A DNA stretch of 51,631 bases from assembly GCA_963577685.1 (NCBI GenBank), contig CAUZAE010000001.1:1-51631 (forward strand), written 5' to 3'. Positions 47,122 to 51,631 of this stretch are shown one piece after another. Numbering within the stretch: position 1 is the stretch's first letter; each line of letters opens with the position of its first letter. The stretch is from Gemmatimonadales bacterium UBA6960 (GTDB lineage: Bacteria; Gemmatimonadota; Gemmatimonadetes; Longimicrobiales; Gaopeijiaceae). Made by a program: the position numbers and the translations under genes. The notes under the pieces are model-generated. The model searched no databases. It was not told the origin of the DNA and saw only the letters and a list, made by a program, of their open reading frames with translations.

Positions 47122-48177
47122 CTATCGCCAGCGCTCTTGGAGCTTCGAGAGGACGTCGGCGCCGGGACATAGTTTTTCAAACGGCACCTCCACGAGGGGC
47201 TGGTCCACGGTATTCTCAAAAGCGTGCATATCGAGACTGGTGGGCTCGATATAGAGCAACCCGGTCGCCACTTCGCCCCTCCCGTGCAGCTCCTTCAGGT
47301 GTGCGGACGCGCCGTTCATGTCCGTGGGATCATACCCTTCATCGACCGATCGAAATCGCACTACGCTCCCGTCGTGCATCGTAACCGACGTCGATTGGCC
47401 GTCATCCTGTTCGGCCTTCAGTCCCGTACGCAGTGGAACGAAGTCGGTGTCCACCACTTCATGTCCATGGACGCGCGTATGGGCATAACTCTTCGTCGAG
47501 CCCTCATGATCGTTGAAAGTCACGCACGGAGAGATCACATCGACCAGAGCAAAGCCTCGATGACTCAGCCCCGCCTTGATGAGCGGTACGAGTTGACGCT
47601 TGTCGCCGGAAAAGCTGCGCGCTACGAACGACGCCCCTAGTGTCATCGCCAACGAGGCGGGATCGATGGGCTTCATTCGGTTCTCTTCGCCTTTCTTCGC
47701 CCGTGATCCTACATCCGCCGAGGCGGAGAACTGCCCCTTGGTGAGGCCATAGACGCCGTTGTTCTCCAAGACATACAACATGTTCACGTTACGGCGGATG
47801 GCGTGGCAGAGTTGACCGAGTCCGATGGAGAGCGAATCGCCATCACCAGAGATACCGATGTAGACGAGGTCCCCGTTGGCCGCGTTTGCGCCGGTGGCGA
47901 TGGACGGCATTCGACCGTGGACCGAGTTGAAGCCGTGGGCTTCCTTCAGAAAATAAGCGGGGGTCTTGGAGGAACAACCGATGCCGCTGAGCTTGGCTGC
48001 CCGATGTGGCGGAATCTCCAGTTCATAGAACGCCTGGACGATCGCTGCGGTCACCGAATCATGTCCGCACCCCGCGCACAGGGTCGACATGGACCCTTCA
48101 TAATCACGCTGAGTGAGGCCCAGTCGGTTGCGTTTCAGAGACGGATGCCGAACCGCCGGTTTTGCTGTCTGTGACAT
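47122..48177 (-). CDS. korB: 2-oxoacid:ferredoxin oxidoreductase, beta (TPP-binding) subunit
   Basis: CAGCGHDS near the N-terminus. GDGDSLSIGLGQLCHAIRRNVNMLYVLENNGVYGLTKGQ is a TPP-binding GDG...NN motif. 351 aa. Confidence 0.92.
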   Translation of the reverse strand: MSQTAKPAVRHPSLKRNRLGLTQRDYEGSMSTLCAGCGHDSVTAAIVQAFYELEIPPHRAAKLSGIGCSSKTPAYFLKEAHGFNSVHGRMPSIATGANAANGDLVYIGISGDGDSLSIGLGQLCHAIRRNVNMLYVLENNGVYGLTKGQFSASADVGSRAKKGEENRMKPIDPASLAMTLGASFVARSFSGDKRQLVPLIKAGLSHRGFALVDVISPCVTFNDHEGSTKSYAHTRVHGHEVVDTDFVPLRTGLKAEQDDGQSTSVTMHDGSVVRFRSVDEGYDPTDMNGASAHLKELHGRGEVATGLLYIEPTSLDMHAFENTVDQPLVEVPFEKLCPGADVLSKLQERWR

Positions 48178-48185
48178 TCGACTCT

Positions 48186-50009
48186 CTACTCCACTACTGC
48201 AGGAACGAGCCCCAGGCGCTCTCGGACGCCATCGAGCACGACTTCGGCGCTCAGCGGATTGCCCTTATAGTCGAGAATCGACACCACGGCCTTTTTCTCG
48301 ACATCGGTTTCGAGGATCAGCAGCCGCCTGAGCTGCGCATCCCTGTTCTGCTCGACCACGATGTTGAGCTCGTGGGCGAGGAGAAACTCCTCGACCGACT
48401 TCGCGAACGGGAAACCTCTGACCCGGAGAAAGTCGACAGCCGTACCTTCCTCCGCGAGTTCCTCGATCGCCTCCAACACGGCCCCTCGACACCCCCCGAT
48501 CGTGACGATGCCCACGGTAGCGCCCGGCGCCTCGATGATCTCGGGTTCGGGCAGCGCCTCGGCCGCACTGTCTACCTTTTCTGCGAGCCTGTCCATGACC
48601 TCCTGGTACAGGTCTCCGTCCTCGGTATACCGGCCGAAGCGGTCGTGGCCGGAGCCCCTAGTGAAGTAGGCGCCCTTGGGATCGACTCCGGGCAGCGTTC
48701 GATATGGGATCCCATCTCCATCGACATCCATGTATCGATAGAACTCTTGGACGTCCTTGAGCTCCTCCGCTGATAAAATTTTTCCGCGGTCCGGCTGGTA
48801 GCCGTCGTCCCACTCCAGTCGGTCGCACATCCAGTCGTTCATACCGATGTCCAGATCGGAGACCACGAACACCGGCGTCTGGAATCGCTCTGTCAGATCG
48901 AAGGCGTCGACTGAGAAGTGGAAGCACTCACCGGGATCCGCCGGGAAGAGCACGATGTGCTTCGTGTCTCCGTGAGACGCGAAGACAACCTGCAACAGGT
49001 CCCCCTGTTGAGTACGCGTGGGCATGCCCGTAGACGGACCGGTACGCTGAATGTCGAACAGGACCGCCGGAACCTCGGCGTAGTAGGCCAAGCCGATGAA
49101 TTCGTTCATCAGGGAAACTCCGGGTCCGCTCGTCGGAGTGAACGCGCGCGCGCCCATCCAACTGGCCCCGAGCACGATTCCGATGGCAGCCAGCTCATCC
49201 TCTGCCTGGATGACGCAGTACAGATTCTTGCCTGTTTCGGGGTCCTTTCGGAGCTGCCCGCAAAAGGCGGTGAACGACTCCATGAGCGAGCTCGACGGGG
49301 TGATCGGGTACCAAGCGCCCACGGTCGCACCCGCGTACACGCAGCCGAGTGCGGCCGACATGTTCCCGGTCATCAGGACGGACTCCTTGGTGGCGTCCAT
49401 GTTCTCGAGGTGGGCCGGGAGCGGACAGTCGAAGTGCTCGCGAACGTAATCGTACCCCAACTTGAGCGCGGAGTCGTTCGAATCCATCAGGTGGGGCTTG
49501 GAACTGAACTTTTCCTTCAAGATCCCGTCGATCACTTCGAGATCGATCGTCAGGAGCGCCGCTAACGCCCCCACGTAAGCGATGTTCTTCATCAGGATGC
49601 GCTCGCGCGAACCCTTGAAGCTCTCCACGCACATTTGCGACAGTGGCACGCCCAGGAAAGACACATCATCGCGCAGCAATTCCTCGTCCAGCGGCCAGCT
49701 CGAATCGTAAAGCACCGTGCCCCCGGACCGGGTCTCTGCGATATCCTGCTCGTACGTCTTGGGGTTCATCGCCACCATCACGTCGGGGTGAGCACGACGG
49801 GCCAAATGACCGCTCTTGTTTGCGCGAACCTCATACCACGTCGGCAATCCCTGGATGTTGGAGGGGAATATGTTCTTTCCGGAAACCGGAACGCCCATGC
49901 GAAAAATGGCCTGCATGAGCAAGCCGTTCGCGCTAGCGGAGCCAGTCCCGTTGACCGTTGCGATCTTCAGGACGAAGTCGTTGGTGCGGTCTCGGGTATT
50001 TCGGTCCAA
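48186..50009 (-). CDS. korA: 2-oxoacid:ferredoxin oxidoreductase, alpha subunit (fused gamma+alpha domains)
   Basis: FVLKIATVNGTGSASANGLL...NIQGLPTW (gamma-like domain), then YPITPSS and GASWMGARAFTPTSGPG. The start is uncertain. I chose TTG 50009, preceded by GGAAAAGAGA. No ATG/GTG exists between there and deep inside the upstream gene, so this implies a roughly 43-nt overlap with that gene. Confidence 0.85.
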   Translation of the reverse strand: MDRNTRDRTNDFVLKIATVNGTGSASANGLLMQAIFRMGVPVSGKNIFPSNIQGLPTWYEVRANKSGHLARRAHPDVMVAMNPKTYEQDIAETRSGGTVLYDSSWPLDEELLRDDVSFLGVPLSQMCVESFKGSRERILMKNIAYVGALAALLTIDLEVIDGILKEKFSSKPHLMDSNDSALKLGYDYVREHFDCPLPAHLENMDATKESVLMTGNMSAALGCVYAGATVGAWYPITPSSSLMESFTAFCGQLRKDPETGKNLYCVIQAEDELAAIGIVLGASWMGARAFTPTSGPGVSLMNEFIGLAYYAEVPAVLFDIQRTGPSTGMPTRTQQGDLLQVVFASHGDTKHIVLFPADPGECFHFSVDAFDLTERFQTPVFVVSDLDIGMNDWMCDRLEWDDGYQPDRGKILSAEELKDVQEFYRYMDVDGDGIPYRTLPGVDPKGAYFTRGSGHDRFGRYTEDGDLYQEVMDRLAEKVDSAAEALPEPEIIEAPGATVGIVTIGGCRGAVLEAIEELAEEGTAVDFLRVRGFPFAKSVEEFLLAHELNIVVEQNRDAQLRRLLILETDVEKKAVVSILDYKGNPLSAEVVLDGVRERLGLVPAVVE

Positions 50010-51631
50010 GTCTCTTTTCCGGCGTAAGGGATGTTTAGGTCGAACTTCATCATGTCCCAGGCGGCGGTGGGACAGCGCTCCGCGCACAGGCCGCAATGCA
50101 CGCACAGGTCTTCGTCCTTGACCATGATGCGGGCCGTCTGCGGAAGTGCTTCGGATACATAGATATCCTGGTCGGCGTTCTCGGCCGGGGCCGTGAGACG
50201 GCCTCTGAGCTCTTCCTCCACTCCGTTGTGCGTGATGGTCAAGCAATAGACAGGGCATACGTCGATGCAGGCGTCACACTCGATGCAGAGGCCCGCGGTG
50301 AAGTCGGTCTGGATATCACAGTTGAGGCATCGTTCCACCTCGACGGCCGTTTGCTCCGCATCGAAGCCGAGCTCGACCTCGACCTCCAAAGCCTTGAAGC
50401 GCTTCACCAGATCGACATGAGTCATCTTGCGGCGTGCGGACGGATCGTAGTCGCTTCCGTAACTCCAGGAGTGGAGACCCATCTTCTGGGAAACCAGATT
50501 CATGCCGTAGGGTGGCCGATCGGTGAGTGATTCTCCCTGGCAGTATCTGTCGATCGATATGGCGGCCTGGTGTCCGTGCTCGACGGCCCAGATGATGTTT
50601 TCGGGTCCCCACGCAGCGTCTCCTCCCACGAAGAGCCCGTCCCGACTCGTCTGGAACGTCGCGCGATCGACTACCGGCATCTCCCATTCGTTGAACTCGA
50701 TGCCGATATCCCGCTCGATCCAGGGGAAGGCGTTATCCTGCCCGATCGCCAAAATCACGTCGTCACAGGGCATGACGATCGAGTCGAGCGTGGTACTGAC
50801 GAGGCGTCCGTTCTCATCGGGAGCCCACTCAACGATGCCGAACTCCATGCCCACAAGCCGGCCATCCTCGATGACGAAACGGCTCGGCGAGTGGTCCTCG
50901 ACGATGTCGATGCGCTCCTCTTCGGCGTCCTCGAGTTCCCACGGTGAGGCTTTGAAGTAGGGGCGGCTCTTCCGGGCGACGACCTTCACGTCCGTGCCCC
51001 CGATCCGCTTCGACGTCCGGCAGCAGTCCATCGCGGTGTTTCCGACTCCGATGATCAGAACCCGTTCGCCGATCGCCTCTATGTGCTCGAAGTGCACGGA
51101 CTCCAGCCATTCAATTCCGATGTGGATATTGGCTCCACCCTCCTCACGCCCCGGAATATTCAGCTCTTTGCCCTTTGGGGCGCCGGTCCCGATGAACACC
51201 GCGTCGAAGTCGTCCTGTTCCAGGAGCTCCTTCAGGCTGTTCACGGGACGGCTGTAGTGAACTTCCACGCCCATATCGAGGACCATATTAATCTCCTCGT
51301 CCAACACTTGGCCCGGAAGACGGAAGGCGGGGATGTTCGTTCGCATCAAGCCACCGGGACGATCCATCCTCTCGAAGATCACGCAGTGGTAGCCCAACTG
51401 CATGAGGTCGTTGGCCACGGTCAATGAGGCCGGACCCGCACCGATCAGGGCGACCCTCTTTCCGTTCTTTTTTTCCGGCGCGGTGGGAAGCAGGTGGTCG
51501 ATGTCTCCCCGCAGGTCGGCGGCCACCCTCTTCAGTCGGCAGATGGCGACGGGGTCATCCTCGACTCTTACGCGTCGACAGGCCGGCTCACAGGGTCGAT
51601 CGCAGGTCCGGCCCAAAATCCCCGGGAAAAC
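49967..51631 (-). CDS. GltD-like FAD/NAD(P)-dependent oxidoreductase fused to a C-terminal 2x[4Fe-4S] ferredoxin domain (5' end beyond the window)
   Basis: The frame stays open to the window edge (VFPGILGRTCDRPCEPAC, GltD-type N-terminal cluster). ALIGAGPASLTVANDL and VLIIGVGNTAMDC are dinucleotide folds. The C-terminal CIECDACIDVCP and CVHCGLCAERCP are CxxCxxCxxxCP motifs. Confidence 0.85.
   Translation of the reverse strand, partial: VFPGILGRTCDRPCEPACRRVRVEDDPVAICRLKRVAADLRGDIDHLLPTAPEKKNGKRVALIGAGPASLTVANDLMQLGYHCVIFERMDRPGGLMRTNIPAFRLPGQVLDEEINMVLDMGVEVHYSRPVNSLKELLEQDDFDAVFIGTGAPKGKELNIPGREEGGANIHIGIEWLESVHFEHIEAIGERVLIIGVGNTAMDCCRTSKRIGGTDVKVVARKSRPYFKASPWELEDAEEERIDIVEDHSPSRFVIEDGRLVGMEFGIVEWAPDENGRLVSTTLDSIVMPCDDVILAIGQDNAFPWIERDIGIEFNEWEMPVVDRATFQTSRDGLFVGGDAAWGPENIIWAVEHGHQAAISIDRYCQGESLTDRPPYGMNLVSQKMGLHSWSYGSDYDPSARRKMTHVDLVKRFKALEVEVELGFDAEQTAVEVERCLNCDIQTDFTAGLCIECDACIDVCPVYCLTITHNGVEEELRGRLTAPAENADQDIYVSEALPQTARIMVKDEDLCVHCGLCAERCPTAAWDMMKFDLNIPYAGKETWTEIPETAPTTSS

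Noticed and set aside
50010-50258. 5' extension of korA to ATG 50258 (the track gives 690 aa).
   Set aside because: It would overlap the upstream flavoprotein gene by about 290 nt, and the extension is Arg/Gly/Pro/His-rich. KorA homology starts near DFVLKIATVNG. The chosen TTG start is itself uncertain.

Overview
GC-rich bacterial chromosomal window, densely coding, about 42 protein genes. By eye I found no rRNA, tRNA, CRISPR array, transposase or integrase. All family names (DUF numbers and so on) are my own recognition of motifs in the supplied translations, not database hits. Gene content suggests a Gemmatimonadota-like or related Gram-negative lineage, but that is only an impression.

Recognisable housekeeping genes:
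- RNA and translation: DEAD-box RNA helicase, HU, infA, cyclophilin PPIase, ettA.
- Metabolism: LMW-PTP plus fructosamine-kinase pair, class-I aminotransferase, hemH, hemY, thiC behind a TPP riboswitch, korA/korB 2-oxoacid:ferredoxin oxidoreductase with an upstream GltD-like flavoprotein/ferredoxin fusion (truncated by the window end).
- Iron and export: ferritin plus ABC exporter.

The main candidate for an uncharacterised system is a roughly 15.4 kb run of nine tightly spaced or overlapping same-strand genes (18625-34044). It is built around MoxR AAA+, DUF58 and a BatA-type vWA protein. It also carries two DUF4159 paralogs, a second vWA membrane protein, a caspase/legumain-fold protein with an apparent Cys-to-Ser change, a TPR-flanked HExxH metalloprotease-like protein, and a 1166-aa DUF4175-like coiled-coil protein with poly-Gly and Gly/Gln repeats.

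Other items worth a second look:
- a DEAD-box paralog with every ATPase motif degenerated but an intact DbpA-like RNA-binding tail;
- a K+ channel/RCK gene broken by a 1-nt frameshift plus an apparent internal deletion;
- a membrane-protein gene split at a C5 homopolymer just upstream of a prepilin gene;
- a Tat-exported two-domain multicopper oxidase translationally coupled to a ZIP permease, behind an AT-rich palindromic promoter region.
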